Source: an uncultured Gammaproteobacteria bacterium (lineage in GTDB: Bacteria; Patescibacteriota; Microgenomatia; Levybacterales; GWA1-39-11). Taken from it: a stretch of DNA of 64,000 nt. This document shows, in pieces, positions 36,933 through 46,747 of the stretch. The notes below the pieces were generated by a model, which worked only from the letters and a program-made list of their open reading frames with translations, was not told where the DNA came from and made no database searches. The position numbers and the translations under genes were made by a program. The DNA is taken from assembly GCA_964531275.1 (NCBI GenBank), contig CAZHDZ010000002.1, forward strand, positions 122,180 through 186,179, given 5' to 3'. Numbering within the stretch: position 1 is the stretch's first letter; each line of letters starts with the position of its first letter.

Positions 36933-39525
36933 TACACATTTTTATTTTTGGATAACTGCTGCAGTAGCATCAATATTGAGCATTGCCAGTTACATCTATT
37001 ATCTAAATCAAGGCGTTACAGTCGCTTACAACGATGCCAGAGCGCATTTAGATATGGCAAGACTGGTCGTTGATAATCTAAAACCCGGTATCGCACAAAT
37101 GGGAAGCGTTTGGTTACCACTTAATCACGTGCTTATGCTTCCGCTTATATGGAATTACACGCTGTGGCAATCTGGATTTGCAGGAAGTTTGGTGTCAATG
37201 ATCACGTTTATTGGAAGCGCACTTTTCATCTTTTTACTTGTTAATGAACTGACGAAAAAAGCACACGTAGCCTTTCTAGGTAGTCTTGTATTCATTTTAA
37301 ATCCAAACGTGTTATATATGCAGACAACACCCATGACAGAACTTACGCTTTTATTCTTCTTTACAGGCACAAGCTACTTTCTCTGTAAGTGGGTAAAAGA
37401 AAATTTCAACATTATCTATTTAATATTATCTGCTTTCATGGTATTTGGTGCCACCCTCACGCGGTATGATGGATGGTTCCTATTTATCTGCCTCATACCC
37501 TTAATAGCCGTTATGTCATTTGTTTCTGTTATTTCAAAAAGAACTGATATAAAACGAGCAGTTCTTGTTCAGTTAGCAAGAATTATTGAAGGAAGAATTG
37601 TAATTTTTTCGACAATTGGAGGCTATGGAATCCTATTATGGCTATTATGGAACCAAATTATTTACGGACAAGCCCTCTATTTCATGATCGGTCCATATTC
37701 AGCATATGCGCAGCAAACAAAGATTAAAGAGGCTGGGTCCTTATTAACCTACCACAACCTTCCACTCTCCATACAGTCTTATTGGTGGGCGATGGTTGAC
37801 AATACAGGCTCGCTATTGTTATTGCTAGGCGTAATTGGCTTCTTATACTTCCTTATTAAGCAAAAAATTAACCCAATTGCTTTAGCGCTATACACACTAC
37901 TTACCCCGTTGGTTTTCCATATACTTTCACTGTATGCAGGGAATTCAATATTAGTTGTGCCCGAGCTTGGTTCATCAGCTACACAAGAAGCTCATACCTC
38001 ATGGTTTAATGTAAGATATGGGTTAATGATGGTTCCCGCTGTTGCTATTTTTAGCGCATATCTTGCAAGTAAAGCCCGACTTATTGCAGTAATATTATTA
38101 ATTTCGATAATTGCTCAAGCAGGTTTGTTGTATATTAGAAATGATGTTATTACACTAACTGATGGTGTGATCGGGACTAGTTCACTGGACGTTGGAGATG
38201 CAAGCACCTGGATGAGGAGTGAGGTTGCTTCTGGAAATGGCCACATTTTAACCTCTATTGCCTACAATAATGCTTTAGCTTTTAGCACTGGTATTCCCCT
38301 AAAGAGGTTTATTCATGAAGGCACGGGAAATTACTGGTCAGACTCATTAACAGCACCCTCCAAGCATGCTACGTGGATAGTTATGGCAAATGGAGATGTA
38401 GGAGATGCAATATATACATCTTTAGTAACAAAGAAGAATCCTGATTTTAAGAATAACTTTACTCTGGTTATGAAAGGGAAGCATACGAATATTTATCAAA
38501 GAAACGAAACCTTAACGGATAAAAAAAATGCTGTTTTGGGTGTAAATATGGAAAATCTCAACATTCATGGCATGAATTCATATGATCTTGTATACAGAAC
38601 ACATAGGGAAATAGATGAAACCCTCAGTACTGCCGCTTCTCATAATATAAATACAATCCGTTTTTGGGGTTTTGGCGAAGGCTTTAAAGACTCATTCCAA
38701 CCAAATCTCGGAGAATTTAACTATAAAATGTTTGATAATTTGGCATACGCTGTTCATGAAGCTGAAAAAAAGAACCTAAAAGTAATTATCACATTCTCGA
38801 ATTATTGGAAGGATTATGGTGGAATAATTCAGTACTTAAAGTGGCACAACCTACCTAGTGCAACTACTACTCAAAAAGATGAATTTTTTCAAAATGAAAA
38901 AATAATTGTAAGCTTTGAAAAGTATATAAATGAGCTCTTGAGCTATAAGAGTTTGTACACAGGCAAACCCTTAAAGGAAGAGAAAGCTATTCTCGGATGG
39001 GAGCTAATGAATGAAGCGAGAAGTTCCACGGTTAAACGACAGGATATAATATTAAAATGGATGGATCGAACTTCTACTTATGTTAAGAGGCTAGATCCTA
39101 CTCGTCCAATTTTCGCAGGAGTAGAAGGTTTTACAGCTCAGTATCAACCTGATGGACATGGGCCGTTATTAGAAGATGTAGCGAAGCTTAAAAATATCGA
39201 TATCTTAACTGGTCACTACTACATAAGGGAAAATGATAAGTCTTCAATCGCTGAAGTGTTTTCGTATTGGCAAAAGATACAAAAAAGCAGCGGAAAACCT
39301 CTTCTTGTTGAAGAGGCTGGATTTGTAAAGAATAAAAAAGGGAATGAAAATAAAAACAGAATAGACCTATATAAAGACATATATAAAGAGGCTGATTCAA
39401 GAGGGCTTAACGGAGTGCTTCTTTGGAATTGGGCTCTAGCGATAGACAGTAGTTTTGGAATTTCCCCAAAAGATAAAAATGATAGTGCTATTTTAAATTT
39501 AATAAAAACGCAGGGAGCTAAGTAG
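36919..39525 (+). CDS. GT-C (PMT/ArnT-like) glycosyltransferase fused to a C-terminal GH5 (mannanase-like) domain
   Basis: N-terminal YNDARAH, WLPL, RYDGW and FNVRYG; C-terminal GMNSY, IRFWGF, NYWKDYGG, WELMNE, H.Y and PLLVEEAG. Confidence 0.85.
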   Translation: MRKNSTHFYFWITAAVASILSIASYIYYLNQGVTVAYNDARAHLDMARLVVDNLKPGIAQMGSVWLPLNHVLMLPLIWNYTLWQSGFAGSLVSMITFIGSALFIFLLVNELTKKAHVAFLGSLVFILNPNVLYMQTTPMTELTLLFFFTGTSYFLCKWVKENFNIIYLILSAFMVFGATLTRYDGWFLFICLIPLIAVMSFVSVISKRTDIKRAVLVQLARIIEGRIVIFSTIGGYGILLWLLWNQIIYGQALYFMIGPYSAYAQQTKIKEAGSLLTYHNLPLSIQSYWWAMVDNTGSLLLLLGVIGFLYFLIKQKINPIALALYTLLTPLVFHILSLYAGNSILVVPELGSSATQEAHTSWFNVRYGLMMVPAVAIFSAYLASKARLIAVILLISIIAQAGLLYIRNDVITLTDGVIGTSSLDVGDASTWMRSEVASGNGHILTSIAYNNALAFSTGIPLKRFIHEGTGNYWSDSLTAPSKHATWIVMANGDVGDAIYTSLVTKKNPDFKNNFTLVMKGKHTNIYQRNETLTDKKNAVLGVNMENLNIHGMNSYDLVYRTHREIDETLSTAASHNINTIRFWGFGEGFKDSFQPNLGEFNYKMFDNLAYAVHEAEKKNLKVIITFSNYWKDYGGIIQYLKWHNLPSATTTQKDEFFQNEKIIVSFEKYINELLSYKSLYTGKPLKEEKAILGWELMNEARSSTVKRQDIILKWMDRTSTYVKRLDPTRPIFAGVEGFTAQYQPDGHGPLLEDVAKLKNIDILTGHYYIRENDKSSIAEVFSYWQKIQKSSGKPLLVEEAGFVKNKKGNENKNRIDLYKDIYKEADSRGLNGVLLWNWALAIDSSFGISPKDKNDSAILNLIKTQGAK

Positions 39526-39542
39526 ATGAGTGTTTAAAAAGA

Positions 39543-40091
39543 TTAGGCTTCGGGTGTTGCGATTTGAGTTGCCGTGATCACAAATTCTAGACCACTTTTG
39601 AGATTGTTGAAATGAGGTTCGTAAGGAAAATACAGTTGTCTTTCTTCTTCAACCCCAAGCTCCCAGCGACTGACATCCCAGGCTAGTCTATCTCCATTTT
39701 CCGAATATTGCCCTAATCCCTGATAGGTAGGTACACCCCCTACTGAAAGGCTAATTCTTGCAAGATCAATCTCTGGATCTATTTCATCAAACGCAAAAGA
39801 CATTGATACAGGTCCCTCGGAAAGGACTCGTGTTTTGTCCGGTTGCATTTCGTATACTACTTTTGTCGGACCCAGAGGCATATCTCCCTCGATAGTTTTG
39901 CTTGATGTTGCGGCTAGACTAAAGTTCCAACGACCTTTGCCAAGACCTTCTACGTCTAGGTCTACTGTTCCTAATTCGATATCTTCAAAGTCTCTTTCTC
40001 CATCTATATTTGGCTCAAAGTCTTCAGGTATTCTAAATTTCTCACCAAGTTTTACGTTAAGTTGTGGTCTAGGATTCTCTTCTGAGGTCAT
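39543..40091 (-). CDS. Acidic hypothetical protein
   Basis: 182-aa ORF preceded by TTGACT - 17 nt - TATACT - 6 nt - ATG. Confidence 0.75.
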   Translation of the reverse strand: MTSEENPRPQLNVKLGEKFRIPEDFEPNIDGERDFEDIELGTVDLDVEGLGKGRWNFSLAATSSKTIEGDMPLGPTKVVYEMQPDKTRVLSEGPVSMSFAFDEIDPEIDLARISLSVGGVPTYQGLGQYSENGDRLAWDVSRWELGVEEERQLYFPYEPHFNNLKSGLEFVITATQIATPEA

Positions 40092-40132
40092 TTGTAAAGT
40101 ATAAGGGTGGGGCTAAATGGAGTCAATAATTG

Positions 40133-40951
40133 TTATAGTGACCAGATCTTGAAGTTCTTAAATTCTACGTCCATAAAATCTGTTCTTATTCCTGCGTAAT
40201 TATCTTCACTTATAGGTCTTGAGCCATATCTAGATCCCTCGTCTGTTGCTGTAAGATACGTGGTCCATGAGCCTCTATTCTGCAAATCTCCTTCAAGCGT
40301 TATGTTAACCTTTCCATTGTCATTTCTGACAACGGTCTTAATACCTATCCACGAGTTGAGGGGAATGAGATTTGGATTTGAATTTCTATTATATGTTCCA
40401 TTGAGCACTTTCTTGTAGGCCAATGTATAGTATGACCCATTTAATTTCTTTTTAATTACCATAGCACCATCAACTCTTAATCCTGCGTAGTACAGAGTTT
40501 GGCCATCCATTGCGTATCTGCTCATGAGTAAAATTCCATTCCCTTCACTTCTATTACTACTAGAAAGCGCGTTGTAACGATTTATTTTGAAATAATTTGT
40601 TTGAGCAAAATTGCCCCATCGTGGTCTTGTGATAAGCCTTAGAAGATTTTGTGGTTGTCTTCCTCCGTTAGTATCAGTACTGCTACTTTTTGCGTACATT
40701 TGGAAAATAGGACTGGAAGAAGGAAGATCTCCCTGGAGTGATTTACCAATTCCGTCTGTGACTGTGATTGTTCCACCAGAATTAACCCACAAATTTGGGT
40801 TATTGCTCGTATCCATGCTGCCGGCGCCGAGAATTGTCATATTCTGGCCTGGGGTAAATGAATAAAGAATAGCTGCGTAAGCTTGAGTGGCTCCAACTAA
40901 ACTTAAGAGAAAAAGGGCAAGCAGTATAACTTTCATTTGATGCTGCTTCAT
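40133..40951 (-). CDS. Secreted beta-sandwich (ConA/DUF1080-like) protein
   Basis: Signal peptide, beta-rich sequence, YYAGLRVDG and GIRTDFMDVEF; ATGA-coupled to the deacetylase. Confidence 0.65.
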   Translation of the reverse strand: MKQHQMKVILLALFLLSLVGATQAYAAILYSFTPGQNMTILGAGSMDTSNNPNLWVNSGGTITVTDGIGKSLQGDLPSSSPIFQMYAKSSSTDTNGGRQPQNLLRLITRPRWGNFAQTNYFKINRYNALSSSNRSEGNGILLMSRYAMDGQTLYYAGLRVDGAMVIKKKLNGSYYTLAYKKVLNGTYNRNSNPNLIPLNSWIGIKTVVRNDNGKVNITLEGDLQNRGSWTTYLTATDEGSRYGSRPISEDNYAGIRTDFMDVEFKNFKIWSL

Positions 40952-42540
40952 CGGTCCTCATAATATACCTTTACGTCACTAATTTCAACTTTTGCCTTAT
41001 TCTGAGTTCCTGAATACACACCAAATCCAATTCCACCATTTGGAATTGTGCCAACGGTTCTAGAAGATATGAGAGTCCTATTGTTGTAGAGGCATTCGAT
41101 TAAATTGCCTGTTACTCTCATTCCTATATATGCTCCGTCAGAAAGCGTTAAATAGTAATTACTTCCTGTCTTTGTAAGTACTATTCTTTTGCCATCTACT
41201 TTTTGGTCAAGAGTTACTCCGTCAGGGTTATAGGTGCAAACAACCATATTATTTCCATCAATTGCTCTTGAGATTACACTAAAGTTCTTTCCACTAACAA
41301 GCTTTGCGTTTGCACTTACAGTGTAGTCAGTCCAAAGATATGACCCGTCTAAAAATGTTGTTAGACTTGCACTTTTGGTGCCAACATTCAACGTCATAAC
41401 TCCTTGAGAAATTGTGTAGTCGAGATTTCCATTGCTACTTACCCAATTCTCGTTTTCTTCTACAAAAAAGTTGCCCGTAAAAGGAAGACTTTTTGATTGG
41501 CTCGCAGCCATGGTATGTATAAATTCCGTAATTTTTACATTCTCTGAGGACTTTATTCTTCTAACAAGTCTTTTCTCTGCATTGATTTTAAAATTATTTC
41601 TAAAGTAACCGGTTCTTTTATCTGTTTTAAATTGGATCATATATTTGTTGTATACACTTGCAGTAAGCGCCAAGATCTCCCCAGCAGTACTTTCCGTGCC
41701 ATAATCTCCAAATGGAAATGCATAACTTGTTACTGTATTGCCCAGAAGATCTTCAATATCTCTTTTCGAATCTGTTAAGTCCTGAATAATTCTTTCTCTA
41801 TATTCCTTGTCATTTTCTAGTCTGTTCTCACGATCAAGCCATTTCTTGTTAGTCATGAAATGTCCCCTCTTCCCTTCTTTATTTATTTTGATAAGATTGT
41901 GATCATTTCTTCCATGAGACTGTATATCCCATCTACCTGTCGCAGCCATTTCCAGCACTTCTTCTCGAGTTATGTAATATGGGGATTTTTCATTTGTAGT
42001 CGAATGAGCAGTGATAACATACATAATTGCCTTAAAGCCCAATGCCTGAAGTAAAGGATCGGAGTTATAGTAGCTCGTCTTAATACCGTCATCGAAAGTT
42101 AAAAGAAATGATCTATCGGGAAGTTCAATCTTTCCTTCCAAAAAATCTTCAAATTCTCTAAGCGTTACGGTCCTGTACCCTTCCTTCTTAAGAGCAAGCA
42201 TTTGTTGAGTAAAATTCTCGAGAGAGATTTCTTCAGTAGGATCTTCAATCTTACCGCTCTCTCTTGTAACTCCGTGATATACAAGAACCGGAACTGCATC
42301 CGCATTTCTGTTTTCAATTTTATTAACAACAAGATTAGATACAACTTTTTGATAGTTATTTAGATCGTCATTCATTTGCTTCTGTAACTGACTCTCACGA
42401 CTTTGCACTTTGGCAGCTTTTTCAAATATGAAATCAATTGCCGAAGTGTGAAAATAGTACTTTCCGATTAAATTGGAAAGTACAAAAAAAAGTAGAAGAA
42501 CTCCAACTATCTCTACAAGAAATTTTAACCTCTTATCCAT
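40948..42540 (-). CDS. Polysaccharide deacetylase (CE4, PgaB/IcaB-like) with a C-terminal beta-sandwich domain
   Basis: PVLVYHG, LTFDDG, QSHG...H and AFPFG, with an N-terminal TM anchor. Confidence 0.88.
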   Translation of the reverse strand: MDKRLKFLVEIVGVLLLFFVLSNLIGKYYFHTSAIDFIFEKAAKVQSRESQLQKQMNDDLNNYQKVVSNLVVNKIENRNADAVPVLVYHGVTRESGKIEDPTEEISLENFTQQMLALKKEGYRTVTLREFEDFLEGKIELPDRSFLLTFDDGIKTSYYNSDPLLQALGFKAIMYVITAHSTTNEKSPYYITREEVLEMAATGRWDIQSHGRNDHNLIKINKEGKRGHFMTNKKWLDRENRLENDKEYRERIIQDLTDSKRDIEDLLGNTVTSYAFPFGDYGTESTAGEILALTASVYNKYMIQFKTDKRTGYFRNNFKINAEKRLVRRIKSSENVKITEFIHTMAASQSKSLPFTGNFFVEENENWVSSNGNLDYTISQGVMTLNVGTKSASLTTFLDGSYLWTDYTVSANAKLVSGKNFSVISRAIDGNNMVVCTYNPDGVTLDQKVDGKRIVLTKTGSNYYLTLSDGAYIGMRVTGNLIECLYNNRTLISSRTVGTIPNGGIGFGVYSGTQNKAKVEISDVKVYYEDR

Positions 42541-43859
42541 ATTGATTTTTTAATAGTAAAAAGGGAATAGAATATCAACCAAGAAAGAATAAAGGTAGAC
42601 ATAAGGCTCATGATTGGTCTAAAAATCCACTTATAATCGCTGTTTTCTTCGAATTTATACGCAAGCCCGTACAAAAAGCCTACAAATGCAATTCCTACTA
42701 TATACAAAAAACCTGTCTCAAAGTTACCCCGGAGAGGCAGGTAGATTATGTGTCTTGCTACAATAAAAGGTCCAAGCAATACAAAAAGGATGTGCGTATA
42801 ATAGACGGCTGCAGGAATAAAAGGCTTCTTCCAATAAAAGCTACCGGTAAAGAAAATATTGCGAATAAAACTTTTCTTCCATCTAACTTGCTGCTTAATA
42901 AATTTAGGAAAAGTATCGGGAATATTTGTCCAAACTTTAGCAGATTTTGAGTACACCACTTTCCAATCCTTTGCGGGATAATTAACTGAAGTTACAAATG
43001 GGGAATCTTTGTATTGCTTCTTTAGTTTTTTCTCAAGAAATTTACTTCCCAGTACGAAGGCTGTTAATGTTCTATCTGTGGCAAATCTAAATTCTTGACC
43101 CAAAAATGTGTCACCTTCCCAGGCAGGTATGAAATTGTAAATTGCTTCTCGCCTAAAAACAGCTAGGGGTCCTGAGACACAAGTTACCGCGCCAAAGACA
43201 CTTTCAAAAGCTTTTCTAATAGAGAACTGGCCCTCATACCAAGTGTCCTGAATTTTAGTAAGCAGGTTCTTCTCTGAGTTAAGAGCTCTGCAATGTCCAC
43301 TGACTGCACCAATTGATGAATCGTGTGCAAATATAAGCTCGATCTTTTCAAGAGCATCTGGTGCAAGCACAGAATCGCTATCAGAAAAAGCAAGAATGCT
43401 ACCTTTGGATTCAAAGATTGCTTTTGCTATTGCTTTTTTCTTCCCAAGATTTTGAGTTAATGTAATAACTTTAATTTTGTAATTCTTAGCCAGCCTTGCA
43501 AGTAGAAGTGGTGTAGCATCGTCACTTTGATCATCAACAATTATTATTTCTTTATTTGTGTAGGTTTGGTGAATGATAGAAAGAACACATCTCTCGATAA
43601 GTGCTTCCTCATTTCGCACTGCAACAATACACGTAATAAGATTTCGTCCACCTTTAGTAAAGCGCGAATTCTTAGCAACAATATATGGATCCTTATAGAA
43701 ATTAAAAACAGTAAAAAATACAAAAAGAATTCCAAGAGTAACGGTCACTCCATAACCCAAGAAAAGCACACTCTCATTTCCTTGCGAGAATAATAGCTTC
43801 CCAGCAAGTATAGAAACAATCGTTAGAAGTATGACGTGAGAGGCTATTTTTTTTCTCAT
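42525..43859 (-). CDS. Processive GT2, hyaluronan synthase/NodC/IcaA-like
   Basis: DDQSDD, GKKKA, DSDS, CVSGPL..FR, TDRTLT and QQVRWKKS. Confidence 0.85.
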   Translation of the reverse strand: MRKKIASHVILLTIVSILAGKLLFSQGNESVLFLGYGVTVTLGILFVFFTVFNFYKDPYIVAKNSRFTKGGRNLITCIVAVRNEEALIERCVLSIIHQTYTNKEIIIVDDQSDDATPLLLARLAKNYKIKVITLTQNLGKKKAIAKAIFESKGSILAFSDSDSVLAPDALEKIELIFAHDSSIGAVSGHCRALNSEKNLLTKIQDTWYEGQFSIRKAFESVFGAVTCVSGPLAVFRREAIYNFIPAWEGDTFLGQEFRFATDRTLTAFVLGSKFLEKKLKKQYKDSPFVTSVNYPAKDWKVVYSKSAKVWTNIPDTFPKFIKQQVRWKKSFIRNIFFTGSFYWKKPFIPAAVYYTHILFVLLGPFIVARHIIYLPLRGNFETGFLYIVGIAFVGFLYGLAYKFEENSDYKWIFRPIMSLMSTFILSWLIFYSLFTIKKSIWIRG

Positions 43860-45142
43860 TATATTGTTCTGCCAATGCCTTTGTAATAAATATCTTGATC
43901 CTTAAAAGCGTCTCTACTTAGGAAATTTCTTCCATCGACAAGAACCTTAATGCCATGCTTTTTTAGAAGCTCTGGAGTAAGCACTTTGAATTCCTTATGT
44001 GTTGTAGCAAGAAGGATTGCATCAGCTCCTTCCAGAGCCTCCTCGATAGAATTAACATTAGACTTGGCAGGAATATATGGGTCATAAATTCTTAAAATAG
44101 CTCCTTTATTCTTTAGATCCTCAAGCATTTCATAGGCAGGACTTTCACGATCATCATCAATATTGCCCTTGTATGAAAGCCCCAAGAAAGCAATTTTTGA
44201 TCCTTTTACAGATTTTTCAACTGAATTAAGTCCATTGAGCATTAACTCAACTGTTTTTTGAGGCATTTGATTATTTATTCTTCGGGCAAGAGAAAGGAAA
44301 TCGTGATGAAATCCATTCTTCTTTGCATATTCAATAAGATAATAAGGATCCACCGGAATGCAGTGCCCACCCACTCCACATCCTGGGTAATGTGCCATAA
44401 ACGCAAAAGGCTTCGTTGCAGCACCATCGATAACATTAACAACATCTATCCCTAGCTTTGAAAAGGATAATGCCAATTCATTTACAAAAGCAATATTAAT
44501 ATCACGAAAAGAATTCTCAACAACCTTACAGGCTTCTGCTTCTTTCAAAGAACCCATCTCTTTCACTGATGCTGTGAGAATTGTTCTATAAAAAGTTGCA
44601 GCACGTTCCAAGCTTTCATCATCAAAGCCACCAACAACTCTATTTATATTTTCTACATTCCATTTTGGATCTCCGGGATTAATTCTCTCTGGGCAGTGAC
44701 TTAAGAAGAAATCAATTCCACATTTTAAGCCTGAGCTTTCCTCAAGAATTGGCGCCATGACATCTTCACTTACTCCTGGGTTAACTGTCGACTCCAGAAT
44801 AATTAGTTGACCTTTCTCTAAGTGCTTACCGATTGATTCACATGCAGAAACCACTGGTCCGTAATCTGGCATATGATTGTCATCAATTGGTGTAGGCACA
44901 CAAACAATAACTATTTCTGCTCCTTTTATTTTTGAAAAATCATTTGTTACGGTTAGATTTGATGTAGGAAGATATTTTTCAACAGCTTCATCTTTGAAAG
45001 TAGGAATTTTATTATTGAGCTTTTCGACTGTATTAGGATTTCTGACAATGCCAGTGACACTATAACCTTTCCTATCTGCCAAAAGAGCCAGTGGCAAACC
45101 CACATAGCCTAATCCTATAATTGCTATTTTACTACCACTCAT
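43859..45142 (-). CDS. UDP-N-acetylhexosamine/nucleotide-sugar 6-dehydrogenase (WecC/WbpA-like)
   Basis: GLGYVGLP, CVPTP, ESTV.PG, PERINPG, ENSFRDINIAF.NE and GVGGHCIPVDP. Confidence 0.93.
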   Translation of the reverse strand: MSGSKIAIIGLGYVGLPLALLADRKGYSVTGIVRNPNTVEKLNNKIPTFKDEAVEKYLPTSNLTVTNDFSKIKGAEIVIVCVPTPIDDNHMPDYGPVVSACESIGKHLEKGQLIILESTVNPGVSEDVMAPILEESSGLKCGIDFFLSHCPERINPGDPKWNVENINRVVGGFDDESLERAATFYRTILTASVKEMGSLKEAEACKVVENSFRDINIAFVNELALSFSKLGIDVVNVIDGAATKPFAFMAHYPGCGVGGHCIPVDPYYLIEYAKKNGFHHDFLSLARRINNQMPQKTVELMLNGLNSVEKSVKGSKIAFLGLSYKGNIDDDRESPAYEMLEDLKNKGAILRIYDPYIPAKSNVNSIEEALEGADAILLATTHKEFKVLTPELLKKHGIKVLVDGRNFLSRDAFKDQDIYYKGIGRTI

Positions 45143-45211
45143 AGGTACATATTATATCTTATAATGATTCCTTAGGCAACCGAGAGTATGTGGTTTTTAA
45201 AGAGACATCGC

Positions 45212-46747
45212 TTAACTTTTTCTTTTATATACGAAGATTTCACCATTTCTATATACAACATCAAAATACTTGTTGAGCTGAACATTTGAACTCAACTGTC
45301 TCCATATTGCATCGGTCTTATCATGTCTCACAATTAACCACCTAACATGATCCTGAGGTTTTTCCAATGCATTCTCCCAGTGGGGATGATTACCAACATA
45401 GATAATATTTTCAAAAGGTATATTAAGGTCAATTGGGTCTGCACTTCTCGCAAAATCGTCAAACATTACATAACCATAATCGTAATTATCCCTAACAAAG
45501 TTTGTTGCAGGAGAGGGTCTTCTAGAAGAAAGTCCTACAATTCCATCTTGAAGAGACACCGGTGTCCCACTGACCACAAATAGATATGCCTGAACAGCAA
45601 TTACGGCAATAATTACTGGTTTTAGGTACTTATGTAAGGAAGCTGTTAAAAGAGCTAAAAATACTGCTACGGCAGGGACCATAATAATTCCATACCGAAT
45701 GTTAAAAAGAGTCCACTGGTAGTCTTGTGGAACAAGCTCTGGCACTAGTAAAATTGAAATACCCAAGTAAAGTGTTATCACATAGAAAATATATGGAGTA
45801 AGTAAGGCTAAGCTGGCCGCAAAAGTTGCTCTGCTTTTAGAAAAAATTGTTTTCCCTATTCCTAAAAGTACTCCAAGCAATGCGACAATTGAAACTACAA
45901 CACCTGCATTTTGAGCTGATGCTAACGAATAATAGGTAAGAGAATTTGTAATATTTTTATATGATGGAAGTTCTCCGCGAGCCAACCAATCCATTTGTTG
46001 CGATTTTGCAGAATAAGGGCTATTTAAATAATAAGCAGGATCATTAAATATAAGATAACACCACAATGACCAGAGACCTATTCCAAAGAATGCAAGAACT
46101 GCATATATTACAATACTGCCTTCTATCTTCTTGTACTTATACCCTTTCAGTAAGCCAATGATAACTACTGCTATGACTTCAAAAATTACTAGAAACCACG
46201 CGTCATAGCGCATTAAGGTTCCTGCAAAAGCTGCAAATGAAGCAAGAATAAGTGGCCCAATCGTTCCTTTCTTCGCCCAAAGGACAAGATAGTACGAGGA
46301 TAAAATCAAAGAACAAATTAAGGGTAATTCTCCGAGGGGAGTTGTCTGCATATATAGTATGTTGGGATTTAATGCAAAAACTACAACTCCTACGATTTGT
46401 GCAAACCTTGAAGGGGTAAAAAGTCGAATTAGCTTGTATACATATAGTACTGAGACAACATAACTCAATGCTGCAACAATTGTTCCTGCAAGGCCACTTC
46501 TCCACAGAAAATCATTCCATACAAATGGGAGCATAAGCATATGAGGTAGTGGCAACCATGCTCCTCCTAATTGTCCAAAGCCAGGAGTAAGTCCGCTAAC
46601 AACTCTTTTTGCTATATTTATATGTGATTCAGCATCTCCATAAGCAAGTATTAAGTTGTTGGTGAATGCATAGAAAATACTACTCATGCTTGCTACACAT
46701 GCAAGTAAAATAATAGAAAGTAATATATTTTTGTCTACTCTTGTCAT
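45212..46747 (-). CDS. GT-C (PMT/ArnT-like) membrane glycosyltransferase, copy 2
   Basis: YGDAESH, WLPLPH, NPNILYMQ, RYDAW and FNIRYG. Confidence 0.8.
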   Translation of the reverse strand: MTRVDKNILLSIILLACVASMSSIFYAFTNNLILAYGDAESHINIAKRVVSGLTPGFGQLGGAWLPLPHMLMLPFVWNDFLWRSGLAGTIVAALSYVVSVLYVYKLIRLFTPSRFAQIVGVVVFALNPNILYMQTTPLGELPLICSLILSSYYLVLWAKKGTIGPLILASFAAFAGTLMRYDAWFLVIFEVIAVVIIGLLKGYKYKKIEGSIVIYAVLAFFGIGLWSLWCYLIFNDPAYYLNSPYSAKSQQMDWLARGELPSYKNITNSLTYYSLASAQNAGVVVSIVALLGVLLGIGKTIFSKSRATFAASLALLTPYIFYVITLYLGISILLVPELVPQDYQWTLFNIRYGIIMVPAVAVFLALLTASLHKYLKPVIIAVIAVQAYLFVVSGTPVSLQDGIVGLSSRRPSPATNFVRDNYDYGYVMFDDFARSADPIDLNIPFENIIYVGNHPHWENALEKPQDHVRWLIVRHDKTDAIWRQLSSNVQLNKYFDVVYRNGEIFVYKRKS

